In this document: positions 25,567 to 39,451 of the stretch, piece after piece
Position numbering within the stretch: the first letter of the stretch is position 1
Layout of the letters: every line of letters starts with the position of its first letter
DNA from: Octopus vulgaris
Lineage: Eukaryota
DNA: 64,000 nt
Direction: 5' to 3'
Assembly (NCBI GenBank): GCA_951406725.2
Contig: OX597820.1
Span: 26,970,001 to 27,034,000, forward strand
Notes under the pieces: generated by a model
Database searches by the model: none
The model's input: the letters and a program-made list of their open reading frames with translations, nothing else
What the model was told of the DNA's origin: nothing
Position numbers and translations under genes: made by a program

Positions 25567-26594
25567 CTGTGTCTGTATGTACACTTGCGTCAGAAATTAA
25601 TTAGCACTTCTCAAATTTCTACATTAAATAGGTTAAATCAATTAACCTATGAGCTGTTCAAAACGTCTTACGCGATGAGAAAACTTAGTATGGTGTGATT
25701 TCGGTCCTTGCGAGGCGCTACCTATATCAATTAAACAAAGGAAGATTTGTCTGCATCCGCACTCCAATTTGTTGCACTGCTATGTCAACATCATAAGGCT
25801 GTAGACTCTCAAACTGCTCTGCAAACAAAGTTACGTCATCGTTCTGCGCAACAGTGAACTCGCAACAAAGCAATAGTTCGAGATATGGCCACTTGGTGAC
25901 AGCACATACCTTGAGTGAAGAGCAAATCAAGGGTGCTAATTAATTTCTGGCGGTAGTGTATGTGTGGGCGAGTAGTTGGTAATCCTGCAGAGTTTTTGGC
26001 ATAAGCCAACCCGTGGTTCTGACGAAAGGCACTTGCCCAAGTGGACACACCACGCGGCAAGATCGAACCAAGGAAAATTTCTTAATCAGACAGTCATCTT
26101 CCTCGACCAAAATCGAAATTCAGCGAAATATTAATTGTTTTAGATGTCGAACAGAGACGAAAAAAACAAAAAACAAAAAAAACTACTTTCATCTCTTTCC
26201 AGGTTTCCAAACACAAAAATAGACCAAAATAATCAGTGACCCATGGAAGAGAGATTTAACTTTGATATATATCATCGTACAGTTATTAAGATTTGTTACG
26301 GTATATTGTGTTTGATAAAGTGGAAGCCGAGACGATGTATTTTAAAATAACATATAACGGTATTAGTTTATGCTTTGAATCTTTTCCTGATTTCCAGTCA
26401 ATGGGTTACAGTCGAGCTCAGACGATGTCTTCAAGGGTTTTACTTGACCATGTCGACCTTAGTTCTTATTCCAGTCTGGTACGTTAATTCTTCGACCTCT
26501 GTTCGATGAAGTAGTATGTTACAAGACTTGAAGCGAAACACGCGCACACACAAACGCATAAACACACACACTTTAGTGTGTGTATGTGTGTGTG

Positions 26595-26811
26595 TGTATC
26601 TATCTGTCTGCCAGTCTGTCTATCTTTCTATCTATCTATCTATCAATCTGTCTGTCTGTCTGATTGTCTGTCTGTCTGTCTGATTGTCTGTCTGTCCCTC
26701 AATCCATACATCTATAAAAAAAAACTATCTCCCTGTCTACTCTCCCCTTCTCTCTCTCCCTCTCCCTCTCCCTCTCCCTCTACCCATCAATCCATTCATC
26801 TATCTGTCTGC

Positions 26812-26869
<58 letters not shown>

Positions 26870-26878
26870 GTCTATCTG

Positions 26879-26970
<92 letters not shown>

Positions 26971-27090
26971 GCAGTCTCTCTCTCTGTCCGTCTCTCTAAC
27001 TATTTATCTATGTCTGTCTTTCTCTCTCTTTCACATTATCTATCCGTATATCTATCTCTCTATCACTCTCTTTATATATATATTTATCTA
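26595..27090. repeat. compound (CTAT)n/(CTGT)n/(CT)n microsatellite
   Basis: Directly visible. Confidence 0.95.
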
Positions 27091-27584
27091 TATCTCTCTG
27101 TCTGTGACGGACATTTTCGGTTTCTGTCTACCAAATTCCAATTACAAAATAGACTACAACAATTGCGTATCTATATATTGCGGACTCAGGCATTGGTGAG
27201 CGGTTACGAAATTTCCTTTGGAAGGAAGAGGCACTAGGTTCTATCCCATAGTTTAACATCTTGGGTAAGTAGATTTACAACGCCTCGTATAGACTCGAGC
27301 TTTGTGGGTAAATTTGGGGGTACGGAAGCTCTGTAGAATCCCACTTAGTGATCTGTGACAGTAATTTAAAAGCCCAGCCTTCTTACACTCGTCTTCCGCT
27401 GATTATATCTAAGATTGTTGTTAAAGGTAAGGGGTAGGGGTGTGGTAAGAAGTTTGCTTCCTAACTGCATGGCTCCGAGTTCAGTCCCACTGCGTGACAC
27501 TTTGGGCAAGTATCCTCTACTACATCCCCGGGCCAGCAATAGCCTTGTAAATCTGGTAGACGGAAATTGAAAGAGGCTCGTCCT

Positions 27585-28027
<443 letters not shown>

Positions 28028-28036
28028 GTCTGTGTG

Positions 28037-28337
28037 TGAAGGCACATATGCCTAGTGGTTAGAGCAGCGGACTCGCTGCCGATGGATCGCGGGTTCGAAT
28101 CTCAGACCGGGCGATGTGTGTGTTTATGATCGAAACACCTAAGCTCCACGCGGCTCCGGCAGAAGGTAATGGTGAACTTCAGCTGACTCTTTCGCCACAA
28201 CTTCCTCTCACTCTTTCCTCCTGCATCTTGCAGCTCACCTGCGACGGACCGGCGTCCCGTCCAGGTGGGGAACCTATACACCAAGGAAATCGGGAAACCG
28301 GCCCTAATGAGCCAGGCATGGTCTGAGAAGGAACAAA
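28037..28337 (+). mobile_element. SINE family B-type head, tail type 2
   Basis: A/B boxes TGCCTAGTGG and GGTTCGAATCT, with tail CGGCCCTAATGAGCCAGGCATGG..GAGAAGGAACA. Confidence 0.85.
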
Positions 28338-28443
28338 CATATATATGTATGTGTGTGTGTTTGTGTGTTGGTGTGTGTGTATGTGTGTAGTTATGCGTGT
28401 GTCTTTGTGTATACATTTGTGCCTCCCCACCGCTTGCCAACTG

Positions 28444-28765
28444 TCACCATGCTGGAGCACCATGTTAAAAGGTTTAGACGAACAAATAGATCCCAGGACT
28501 TATTTTTGAGTCTGGTACTTACTGTATCGGCTTTTTTGTCGAAACGCTAAGTTACGGGGACATTAACAAACCAACACTGGTTGTTAAGTGGGGAAACAAA
28601 CAGATACAATGGGTTACTGTTTTTATTTCCTGCTAAATTCCCTTGTAAGGCACTGGTTGGCTGGAAGCTTTAGTAGAAGACAGTACCCAAGGCGCCGGTA
28701 GCGTACAGTAGGTTTGAACCTGAAAGCACGTGTTTACAAAGCAAGCGTCTTATCTATCGAGCCAT
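28444..28765 (-). mobile_element. diverged SINE family A, fused in inverted orientation to the preceding copy
   Basis: CATGCTGGAGCACC, CCCAGGACTTAT, CGCTAAGTTACGGGGAC and TAGTAGAAGACA in reverse-copy order. Confidence 0.7.
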
Positions 28766-29287
28766 TAGTAATAACGTTTTCTGTATTCATCACAAGGGCG
28801 TTAGACGGGGGTATTTACAAAGCCAATTTACATAAAAAAAGACGATGGAACTCTACATAGAATCTAATATATGAAAGGAGATATAAAAGAATGAAAAAAA
28901 AAACAGTAATGATGATAATAATATAGTTCGGATTTGTTTGTATTTGGAAATATATGGAGAAGTGTTTTTGTTTGCATTTAAAGCAAACAGATTAATGGTT
29001 TTATCATTCTTGTGAGATACTTGAAAGACAGAGAAAAAACAACACACGGTTTGGAAATTATAAAAGCTTAGTTGCTGCAAATGACTAATTTCTGTCAAAT
29101 CGTCTACTTAACGTCCAAGCATAATAAGTATATAAATAAAAAGATAAATATATTGTATAGAAGTGCAGATTGTGTTGCGAATATAAGCTAATGCAAAAAG
29201 AAAAAAAAGGGAAGAAAAAAGAATTATACATAAATGAAAGAAATAGGTTAAGATGTTTTAGACTATTATTATTATCATTATTATTAT

Positions 29288-29469
29288 TTTTTTTATCACG
29301 TGCTTTCACTGCACTACTGAGCGCAGGTCTGTGTGCCTTGGATATGTGCTGAGGTTTATGGTGTCACTCTTATGTTTACGGTATTGAAAGTGTTTTACGT
29401 AGGATGTGTGCGGTGCCTAGATTTGCTATTTTCTGTATGTTAGTCCTGGTGATTTTGTTATGTATTTGT

Positions 29470-29472
<3 letters not shown>
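29288..29472 (-). mobile_element. 5'-truncated R4/Dong-clade non-LTR retrotransposon inserted in (TAA)n
   Basis: Minus strand 29441-29376 translates NIQKIANLGTAHILRKTLSIP*, matching the R4/Dong C-terminal QK..LLGTA.ILRK.L motif. (TTA)n lies on both flanks. Confidence 0.75.
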
Positions 29473-29510
<38 letters not shown>

Positions 29511-30084
29511 GACGATGATGATGATGATGATGATTATTGTTATTTACTTACTGTTAGCTTTCTCTCCCCGAAAATACAAAGAACTGGCACTCACCTGTGA
29601 GAAATGAAAATGAAAACTAGTTAGAAATGGTTCACGATAATAGAATTAATAGCACATGTGGGTATTAAAGATAATAGAAAATAAACAATAATAATAGTAA
29701 CAAAACGAATAAATAGGAACAGTACATGACGAAGAATTGTATTGTATAGTTTTATCTATGTATATTGTCATGTCATTCCAGTAAGATCTTTCATCTTTTA
29801 TGTTTAAAATCGACGCAGTCTGTAAGTCGGAATAGGAAATAAAACGATGCAACATACAAAATGACAATGGAATTGTCGGCGGATTCTTTGAATAACGATT
29901 GCTTTTATTGGCCACAAGAGATCAAATATTCGCGACAATACAAAGGCGACATACGAATGGAAACAACAAGACACAGTGGGTGGAGATTTACATCGAGTAA
30001 AATGGTGAGAAAATAAAAGTAGACGCATATATATGTACACACACACATACACACACACGCTCACATACACACACATATACATAT

Positions 30085-30310
30085 ATCTGTGTGTATGTAT
30101 GCGTCTTCGTGTCGGTTTTTGTCTCACCGCCATCGCTCGACAACCGGTGTTGGTGTGTTTACGTCCCTGTACTATAGCGATTCAGCGAAAGCTACCAATA
30201 GAATAAGTTCGAAGCTATAAAGTAAGTACTGGGGTCAATTTTTTCGATTAAAGTCCTTTAAGGCGGCGACCCTGCATGGCCGCAGTCTAATGACTGAAAC
30301 AAGTAAAAGA

Positions 30311-30311
<1 letters not shown>
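30085..30311 (+). mobile_element. SINE family A 3' half
   Basis: CATCGCTCGACAACCG..GACTGAAACAAGTAAAAGA. Confidence 0.8.
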
Positions 30312-30380
<69 letters not shown>

Positions 30381-30386
<6 letters not shown>

Positions 30387-30630
30387 GTGATCACCGTTAC
30401 CGACCAGGCTACACATCGCTGGTCACAATGCGCTTCGCTTTGTTTTAGCCTTGAAATGACGCCACCCCGCTGGCTAAGCGAGCAGGCCAACAGAAGAAAG
30501 GGTGAGAGAAATTTGTAGCGAAAGAGTACAGCAGGGATCGCTACCACCCCCCTGCCGGAGCCTCTTGGAGCTTTAGGTGTTTCCGCTCAATAAACACTCA
30601 CAACGCCCGGTCTGAGAATCGAAACCGTGA
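30381..30630 (-). mobile_element. SINE family B body with a third tail type ending in (TA)n, 5'-truncated
   Basis: 30495-30630 matches the family B 5' body. 30381-30495 is a different tail ending CGGTGATCACCGTGAT(AT)n. Confidence 0.8.
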
Positions 30631-30714
30631 TAAAACAACCTTTTGTTAGAATTTGCAATGTCTACGAATCTAACAGAAATTTCAGTGACAATACATCACC
30701 TCTAATATGCGACC

Positions 30715-31102
30715 GTGGAGGCGCAATGGCCCAGTGGTTAGGGCAGCGGACTCGCGGTCATAGGATCGCGGTTTCGATTCCCAGACCGGGCGTTGTGAGT
30801 GTTTATTGAGCGAAAACACCTAAAGCTCCACGAGGCTCCGGCAGGGGATGGTGGTGATCCCTGCTGTACTCTTTCGCCACAACTTTCTCTCACTCTTACT
30901 TCCTGTTTCTGTTATACCTGTATTTCAAGGGGCCAGCTTCGTCACACTGTGTGTCACGCTGAATATCTCCGAGAACTACGTTAAGGGTACACGTGTCTGT
31001 GGAGTGCTCAGCCACTTACACGTTAATTTCACGAGCAGGCTGTTCCGTTGATTCGGATCAACCGGAACCCTCGTCGTCGTAACCGACGGAGTGCTTCCAT
31101 CC
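30715..31102 (+). mobile_element. SINE family B, tail type 1
   Basis: Near-consensus copy with a 13 bp TSD AATATGCGACCGT. Confidence 0.92.
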
Positions 31103-31268
31103 AATATGCGACCGTAAGAAGAATTATGCAAGTAACTGCATCAGTCTGGAGCAATGGTAAAGGAGAAATTGTTTTTTGTTTCAATTACAGAGAAACTTAA
31201 TAGGTTTTTATCGAATTAGGGTTATGGGAGATTTGATGGTTTTCGCTATTAGAAAATTATTAGCATAT

Positions 31269-31434
31269 AGGCGCAGGAGTGGCTGTGTGGTAAGTAGCTT
31301 GCTAACCAACCACATGGTTCCGGGTTCAATCCCACTGTGTGGAATCTTGGGCAAGTGTCTTCTGCTATAGCCCCGGGCCGACCAATGCCTTGTGAGTGGA
31401 TTTGGTAGACGGAAACTGAAAGAAGCCTGTCGTA

Positions 31435-31493
<59 letters not shown>

Positions 31494-31727
31494 ATGTGTG
31501 TGTGTTTATGTGTCTGTATTTGTTCCCGCAGCATTGCTTGACAACCGATGCCGGTGTGTTTACGTCCCCGTCACTTAGCGCTTCGGCAAAAAGAGACCGA
31601 TAGAATAAGTACTGGGCTTACAAAAAGAATAAGTCCCGGGGTCGAGTTGCTCGACTAAAGGCGGTGCTCCAGCATGGCCGCAGTCAAATGACTGAAACAA
31701 GTAAAAGAGTAAAAGAGTAAAAGAGTA
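31269..31727 (+). mobile_element. SINE family A
   Basis: Full length, with a (GTAAAAGA)3 tail. Confidence 0.92.
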
Positions 31728-31792
31728 TATTCTTCGAAGTGATTTCAACTACAAATTGGATTCCAACTAAAAATAAGATTTCAACAAGAAAT

Positions 31793-32306
31793 TGGCTGTG
31801 TTTGCTTCCCACCCACATGGTACTTGGGTCAGTCCCGCTGCGTGGCATCTTCTGGCTAATGCCTTCTACTGTAGCTTCGGGATGATCAAAATCTTGTTAG
31901 TGAATTTCGTAGACGGAAAATGAAACCAGCCTGTCGTATATGTTCCTTCTCGAGCCATGCCTGGCTCATTAGGGCCGGTTTCCCGGTTTACTTGGCGTAT
32001 AGGTTCTCCACCTGGACGGGACGCCGGTCCGTCGCAGGTGAGCCGCAAGATGCAGGAGCCGCGTGGAGCTTAGGTTTTTCGCTCATAAACACACACATCG
32101 CCCGGTCTAAGATTCGAACCCGCGATCCCTCGACCGCGAGCCCGCTGCTCTAACCACTAGGCCATATGCCTCCACTGTTGTATATGTGTGTGTGTGTGTG
32201 CGTGTGTATGTGTCTGCTACCACCTGGCAACCGTTGTTAGTGTGTTTACGGCATGTAACTTAGCGGTTCGGCAACAGAAACGGATAGAATATGTACCAGG
32301 CTTGAA
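31793..32306 (+). mobile_element. diverged SINE family A hosting a nested SINE
   Basis: Head at 31793-31940. The 3' body resumes at about 32177. Confidence 0.7.
31944..32176 (-). mobile_element. SINE family B-type head, tail type 2 (internally deleted)
   Basis: Reverse complement of 28037-28337, with an approximate TSD TGT(C/T)GTATATGT. Confidence 0.85.
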
Positions 32307-33139
32307 AAAAATATTTAAGGGTTAATGAAATTTAAGGGTTAATGAAATATAGATTCTAAACACTACTTTTTTTTTCACTCGATTAAGGATTTATACGTTT
32401 GGCAACGTGCAATATGAAACTGTGAAACTTAGGCATTTATTCAAGTGAAATTTTAGTCACGTACTAATTGCACTGGGATATTGTCTCTTAGTTCAAACAA
32501 TTCACTACTTTTAAATATTAATGTATACCACATCAAGTAATTTTAAAAAAAAATCTTAAGCAGAAATTTTGAACCAACTATATTCGTCATATTTTCAGGT
32601 TATAGCTCAGATAGAAGTGTCTGTATTCTTTGGAGATGCTTCAGTAACACGTTCTTTTTCACACAATCAAATATTCGAATCCATCTTACACAAATAAATT
32701 TTTAAAAATGGCAGCATTGGATTAAATATTAAAATTCTACAATGCAATTGCTTAAATGAGATTTAAAATTTTACTCTAAAGAAATCGCCTGTAATTGTTG
32801 TGAAGTTTTTTTATTCTCAATCACTAAGCTCTTTATTTTCTTAATTATAAAAGAACAGCATTAAATCTTTTATATCAACAAGATGTCACACGTAAGAGCA
32901 TTAAGGCTTTGACGACATTTATTCTATATTCAGGTCTCCTGTGGTGTACGAGCTCCTTTATTTAATAGAAGAAAAAGGTCATGGCAGGAAAATAGCGACA
33001 AGCAAAATTGTTATTTAAATAAATTCTATTTTTCATCAGAAATAAGAACTAAAATATTTCTTCAAAATATCTTTTTTCAGAATTCTAAACCCCCCAAGTT
33101 GAAAAATTTCATAATGTATGATATCAACGAAATAAACAC

Positions 33140-33600
33140 TATTAAACATTCTTCTGTTAAGAAAAGAACTGAAGATAAAGGTTCGCCCGGCATATTTTAC
33201 TAGGCAACGTATAATGAAGTTTGTGGCTGGTTAAATTAAAACATGTAAATGTCTACAGAAGAATGTTAAAAGGTAATAAAATATTGACATTGCTATTATA
33301 TAAGGCAGGCAATAAGGTCATTGTGCTTAATAAATATATAAGCAAGGCTCTTAAAATAAATCACACATTATACACGTTGAACAGGCGTGGAAGTAAAATA
33401 TAACAGACAGTAAACAATCAGGATGAAGAAAACCTTTGAGTATTTTCTGTTCTATTTTTCAGTTTCAAAGTGAATATCTTCATCTTCGATTCAATACTGA
33501 AAGTTAACCAAGTATTCATAAGTTACACAATACTGCTTGCTGCCAACTCAGCTAGAATGCACCAACATATGGAACCAATCTGTGGTTTGACGTTATCAGT
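33140..33600 (+). pseudogene. decayed Penelope-like reverse transcriptase fragment
   Basis: Across frameshifts it reads LLLRKELK (KGL-like), YKAGNKVIVLNKYISKALK...LYTL (DKG.vv...Y..K-like), PSIHK (PKIHK) and NAPTYG..LW (PTY motif), in PLE order. Confidence 0.6.
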
Positions 33601-34722
33601 CAATGCATATCAAAATGCTTTGGCGTAGAACGAAAAACAGCATTAGTAAAAAACAAACTGTAACCCTTTAATCAGTAATTCGATATCCATTCGATTTAGC
33701 CACACGATAAGCTATATCGGAACTAAAAGCAAAAATAGTATTTACCTTTAAAGATGAAACCAAAACCGTTCAAGATTTTAGCTGATACTACAGTCAAGTT
33801 ATTCATTAAATATATAATGAATATTCCCATCCTTATAGTGAAGGGTCCGGGGATCGAAATACAACCATCATTCTTCACATCCATTCGCGTCGTCATCAGA
33901 CTCTCTTTGAGATAAGTAGGGTCAGTGAGCCCCTGACTTCTCCTCCAACCCAGTTTACTGTCATGATAGATTTCTTCGCCTCTTTTCAGGAATTCACAGG
34001 TAGCGATGGTTTGTGCTAGTTGTTCTAAACTGTTTGCCTTCTAAGGATATCAAAGCCAAACCACTCGCCTAGATATCGCGCCGGTGTAGCTATCTACATA
34101 GAATTGTCCTCATTTTGCGTCATGCTTTAACAAAAGCCAAGATGTGCTTTACACCTAGTGGTCTTACAGAACACCATGTATTAAACTGGAATTTCTAAAG
34201 CTCTCTCTTATTGAAAAGTAGTCGTTGACCTTATGTTAGGTACATCGGTCATTTTTGTCCTGTCGGGTTTCGAACAATCAGGCTGACCATGCAAGCCTGA
34301 TCAGTGTGAGCCGGTTTAACTGCCGATGAGCCGACCTCGCAACAGGTTGTAACGGACAGGATGTTACTAGATCTTTGAAAATTCGATCCAGTTTGCCTCA
34401 TTTCCAAAATAGACAACACCTTACACTTTGTCAACTATCGCCCTTATGCACTCACTACACATCCATCTAATAGCTAACGAGACGACTCGGCCTTTCTTAA
34501 TTTCGTTTACCGGATGCAAACCGGTGTTTTAGCATGGTTGTTGTTGTTGTTTCTGCTGCCATCTTGGTCACCTCTGACCAAACAGAACTATGATCAAAAC
34601 ATCCAAGCCGTGACCATAGAATCTTTCATCCAGAGTGCATTCCAACATCACAAAATCTTTATTTGGTCTTTTCTTATGACAGTAGAATGGAGAGATTTGA
34701 AGGAGATTTAATAGCTGTTTCA

Positions 34723-35117
34723 AGGTGCAGGAGTGACTACGTGGTAAGTAGCTTGCTTACAAACCACATGGTTCTGGATTCAGTCCCACACCGTGACGCC
34801 TTGGGCAAGTGTCTTCTACTATAGCCTCGGGCCGACCAAAGCCTTGTGAGTGGATTTCGTAGACGGAAACTGAAAGAACCCCGTCGTATATATATATATG
34901 TGTGTGTATATGTTTGTGTGTCTGTGTTTGTCCACCCAACATCGCTTGACAACTGATGCTGGTGGGTTTACGTCCCCGTAACTTAGCGGTTCGGCAAGAC
35001 ACATCGATAGAATAAGTACTAGGCTTACAAAGAATAAGCCCTGGGGTCGATTTGTTTGCTCGACTAAAGGCTGTGCTCCAGCATGGCCGCAGTCAAATGA
35101 ATGAAACAAGTAAAAGA
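34723..35117 (+). mobile_element. SINE family A
   Basis: Full-length forward copy. Confidence 0.9.
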
Positions 35118-35419
35118 TTACGTCGAGCAGCAACTTAGATGCTCCTCCGTTGACCTCTAATTGGCGTTATTTCTGATGGTGGCGATGGCGGTGGTTGTGG
35201 TGGTGGTGGTGGTAATGGAGATGATGGTGGTATTAAAGAAACTTAAATGATTACGATGACAGTGTTAGGGAAGAACGATGAGGTGGAGACGGAATACCTA
35301 GCGGAGGCGTTGTTACTGATTAAGGAGAAAGAGGTAAGTGCGAACTGCAAGCAATGAAACAGGAAATCGTTTGTAATGTTATTTCCGCTCGCCAGAGAAA
35401 CTGCTTCGAGAAATAATGA

Positions 35420-35448
35420 CACCACCAACACCACTACTACTGCTACTG

Positions 35449-35512
<64 letters not shown>

Positions 35513-35555
35513 CACTACTACTATACTACTACTACTACAGCTACCACCACCACCA

Positions 35556-35592
<37 letters not shown>

Positions 35593-35873
35593 CGCAACCA
35601 CCGCCACCACCACCACCACCACCACCACCACCACTACTACTACTACTACAGCTACCATCACCCCCACCACCACTACTACTACACCACCCCGCAACAACAA
35701 CAACTACTACTACTACTAACGACAATGAAGAACCTATTTCATTGCTCAATGTAAACGATACGCAACAGCGTGGCTAAGGATATTCAAATGTAACATCCAT
35801 TATTTGCAAAATGATAATAACAATAATGAAGATAATGACTAAACATTAAAACCATCACCACTACAACAACATC

Positions 35874-35940
<67 letters not shown>

Positions 35941-35960
35941 GCAACAATAATAATAATGTG
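35420..35960. repeat. compound (CTA)n/(CCA)n/(TAA)n trinucleotide repeats
   Basis: Directly visible. Confidence 0.95.
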
Positions 35961-36461
35961 AATGGTGTAGCAGTAGGACTAAGGATATTGAAATGTAACA
36001 GTCATTACTTCAAACACTTTTCGCCCTTTGAAGAAAGACGTGCTCTTATTACTTAGATAATACGTTTTAGGTTATTTCCTATTTTAAATTGCTCTCCAAC
36101 AACTCCACATCATGTAATTGGCAATTTAAACAGTCAATTCTACAAGACAATTCCTTAATTGGTGCCAGTTTATAAAGATTCAGTAAGATTTGATTGTGAA
36201 TGTGCACTTGTTTAATCGTATCTCTTATAAAGTCTTTTCTGAAAATTTATTTATTTATTCACTTAATAGAACCTTCTGTTAGATGCCGAAATGTGAATGG
36301 GATTTAGAGAGAGAGAGAGAGATTATCTATATTTTGCAGCTGCTATATTATTACTATAACAACTTAGTGTCTTCAGACTATTAAGCTTAGCACTTTTGTG
36401 TTGTTTTTCTGCTACACATCATGGTGAAAAGAAGCAGCAGTCCGTGTGTGTGTGCACGCGC

Positions 36462-36556
<95 letters not shown>

Positions 36557-36638
36557 AATGTCTGTCTATCAGTCTGTCCGTCCACATGACTGCTCCCCGC
36601 TCTCTCCCCCTTCTACCCCTCTCTCTCTCTGTATATAT

Positions 36639-36697
36639 ATAGAAGTGTTTTCATAAATTATTTTTTCATTCGCGCTTACACGTGTGTGCGTGTATAC

Positions 36698-36729
<32 letters not shown>

Positions 36730-36788
36730 GTATACACGCACACACGTGTAAGCGCGAATGAAAAAATAATTTATGAAAACACTTCTAT
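36639..36788. repeat. perfect 150 bp palindrome centred on (TA)15
   Basis: ATAGAAGTGTTTTCATAAATTATTTTTTCATTCGCGCTTACACGTG..(TA)n..CACGTGTAAGCGCGAATGAAAAAATAATTTATGAAAACACTTCTAT, with no mismatch seen. Confidence 0.95.
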
Positions 36789-37709
36789 CCGTGTCTTTTA
36801 ACACTCAACTCATTTCCTTAAGCTGCTAAATGAAGCCAAAATCGCCTACGAATACCATGCCACGTGTCTCGTAGAGCGGACAGCTGTAACACTCCTACGC
36901 CAGAGAGACTAGCTGCGTTTGAACTCCGGAAAAAGAAGCTTTTATCATAGAAGCGAGGAAGAAAAATTTGTTTGCTTGCATCGCTTTTGTAGCACAGGGA
37001 AATTTGAAAATACACATTTTATTTTCTATGAATTTGCTTTCTAATCGAGCATTTTCGAGGGTAATTTACTTAAAACATAGAAATATAAAATATAGTATCA
37101 ACAGCAAAAGACTCGCTCAACATTTTATCAAATTAACAGTTAAAACCGACATCATCAAGTATCGCAGAGTTTATTAGAAATTAAGTAAGCGATGAACAGA
37201 AGAAATTTTTCTGAAAACCAAAATGGGCAGTGAGTTGAAAGTATCGTCCTTTAATTCCTAGGTATTATGTCCAGTCCGTTGCACTGTAATACTGTGGAAC
37301 TTACCAAAACAATTTTAATCAGCTCAGTTTCTTTGTTGAAATTATCAAGAGTTAAGATAAAAACAATTATCAAATCTTCAAAGAAATGTTTGAGATTACT
37401 GCAGTAGTAATCGCCAAGTACAGAATGCTATATATATATACATAAAACTTATAACACGTACGTGTATACATACATGCGCGCGCACACACACTCACTCCTT
37501 TGCTGTGTTGCGCGCTCTCTCTCTCTTTCACACTCTCTTTTCCTATCTCTACACATATATGTGTGTGTTGTGTGCATGCGTGCGTGGAGAGCAGTTTCAT
37601 GTTTAGAGGCAAAGTAACGGATTTTGGTATACGTACATACATGCATACATACATATATGCATACACACACATTTATATACATATATACACACAAAGACGT
37701 ATACATATG

Positions 37710-37747
<38 letters not shown>

Positions 37748-37941
37748 CATGCATACACACACAAGCACAGACACATACATGTATATATCTTTGTGTCTGT
37801 GTGTGTTGGATTAGAGAGCTCGGGGGAACTTTAGCACTTGGTGAATGCGCGCATGGGGTGATGGAGCAAGAAGGCGGGAGAAACATTTTCAGAGACGTTT
37901 TCTTCCTTTGTAAGCATAATAGAAGCACACAGAATTTTCTG

Positions 37942-38009
<68 letters not shown>

Positions 38010-38460
38010 TGAATTTACCGCCTGTTTTGTTTCCAAACTTCACACTGCTTACAAACAACAAAACATTTTTGAAATTCTTTTTCTCCATCTCTCTTGCACA
38101 TCCGCCAAGTGTGAAAATTCCTCCAAGCACTCCAGTCTAACACATTCCTGGTTACGTACAAACACGCTCACACACACACACGCACACAAGCAAATCCACA
38201 CGCATATACATATATCATTCATATATATTATGTCTTTTTGTATCACAGAACTTGCAGCTGGTCTGTTTACTCCCTTCGAAATGTATCTTTACTAACAAAA
38301 TTCTACTACACCTAACAACATAAGTAACAGGACGCCAGAAGAAGCTCCCTTAATTATTAAACTATGGCAAGTCCTGCCTACATTTAATTGTAATTTTTTC
38401 ACACAATAAAACTACTCAGAATTTCTCCTTTATTCCATTTACTTTTCAACTATGAATATA

Positions 38461-38547
38461 AGACACTTGCCCAAGGTGCTACGCAGTGAGACTGAACCCG
38501 GAACCATGTGGTTGGTAAGCAAGCTACTTTCCACACAGCCACTCCTA

Positions 38548-38550
<3 letters not shown>
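38461..38550 (-). mobile_element. SINE family A head fragment
   Basis: AGACACTTGCCCAAGG..CACAGCCACTCC. Confidence 0.85.
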
Positions 38551-38640
<90 letters not shown>

Positions 38641-38646
<6 letters not shown>

Positions 38647-38803
38647 CATGATAGATCGTTAGCCACTACACACATGTTTTTCTCTGCCCCTTTCTGTAGA
38701 AGACCGTAGGCTCGAAACGTAAAGAACTGAGCGTTATACTAATACATCTGTTTGTTTTGTACACCACCTGTCTTCGTCTTTTGTTTTTTTCTTAAACTCT
38801 CCC
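38641..38803 (+). mobile_element. (TA)n-embedded HHR-like element, second copy of the 9788-9989 family
   Basis: Reverse complement homolog with deletions. Motif CUUU-CUGUAGA-A-GACC-GUAG-GCUC-GAAAC-GUA-AAG at 38690-38724. Confidence 0.75.
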
Positions 38804-38848
38804 TATATATAGGTATTTATACACGCACAGAAATATGCGTATGTCCAA

Positions 38849-38891
<43 letters not shown>

Positions 38892-39451
38892 AATTTATCA
38901 GGAATATAATATTAATGCAACGATTTAGTATTCAGAACAGCGAACATTTCTTGACAGATAAATCTGACAACCTAAATTGGACACCGTGTTTGTTTTTCTT
39001 CTGTCAGTAAATATTAATATAATCAATTCGTAATATTAATTAATAACATTAATAATATCAATATCTTAGATAGACAAAAGGTCATACATGTTGAAAGATA
39101 GCACAGTCATTTGCATCGACTCTAGTACTTGAGCGGCATTTATTTTATTCCCACCAGACAGATAAAAAGCGAAGTCTATCATATCGGTTCTGATTTAAAC
39201 TTAAAATTTAAAGGGAAGTTGCTTTGTTCTTTTCTTTGTCTGGTGCTCTGCCCAATCTGACGTCCAACGCGTTTCGTTGATTACAATAATATTAATAGGA
39301 ATAAATTTTCAGAGACGTGAGCTATAAGATATTGTGAGAGTATAGACTAGCTTTGTCCTCTACATGTTGCCAATTCTCTATGGTAGTCATTTCAATTTTC
39401 ATAGACAATTAATAGTCTGAGGAAAGCATATACATAAAAGGATCGTATATA

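Noticed and set aside
25727-25930. 67 aa minus-strand ORF with ordinary composition
   Set aside because: No recognisable domain or convincing splice sites.
30715-30790. tRNA-Arg-like sequence
   Set aside because: It continues into a SINE body with a TSD and lacks a proper acceptor stem, so it is a SINE head and not a tRNA gene.
34249-34434. Possible RTE APE endonuclease start (KVLSILEMRQTGS) and a nearby hairpin with GAAAC
   Set aside because: There is only one short motif, and no HHR core or stem I could be assembled.
36800-37000. CpG-richer patch with CACGTG and CAGCTG E-boxes
   Set aside because: Short motifs are expected by chance, and no gene is available to tie them to.
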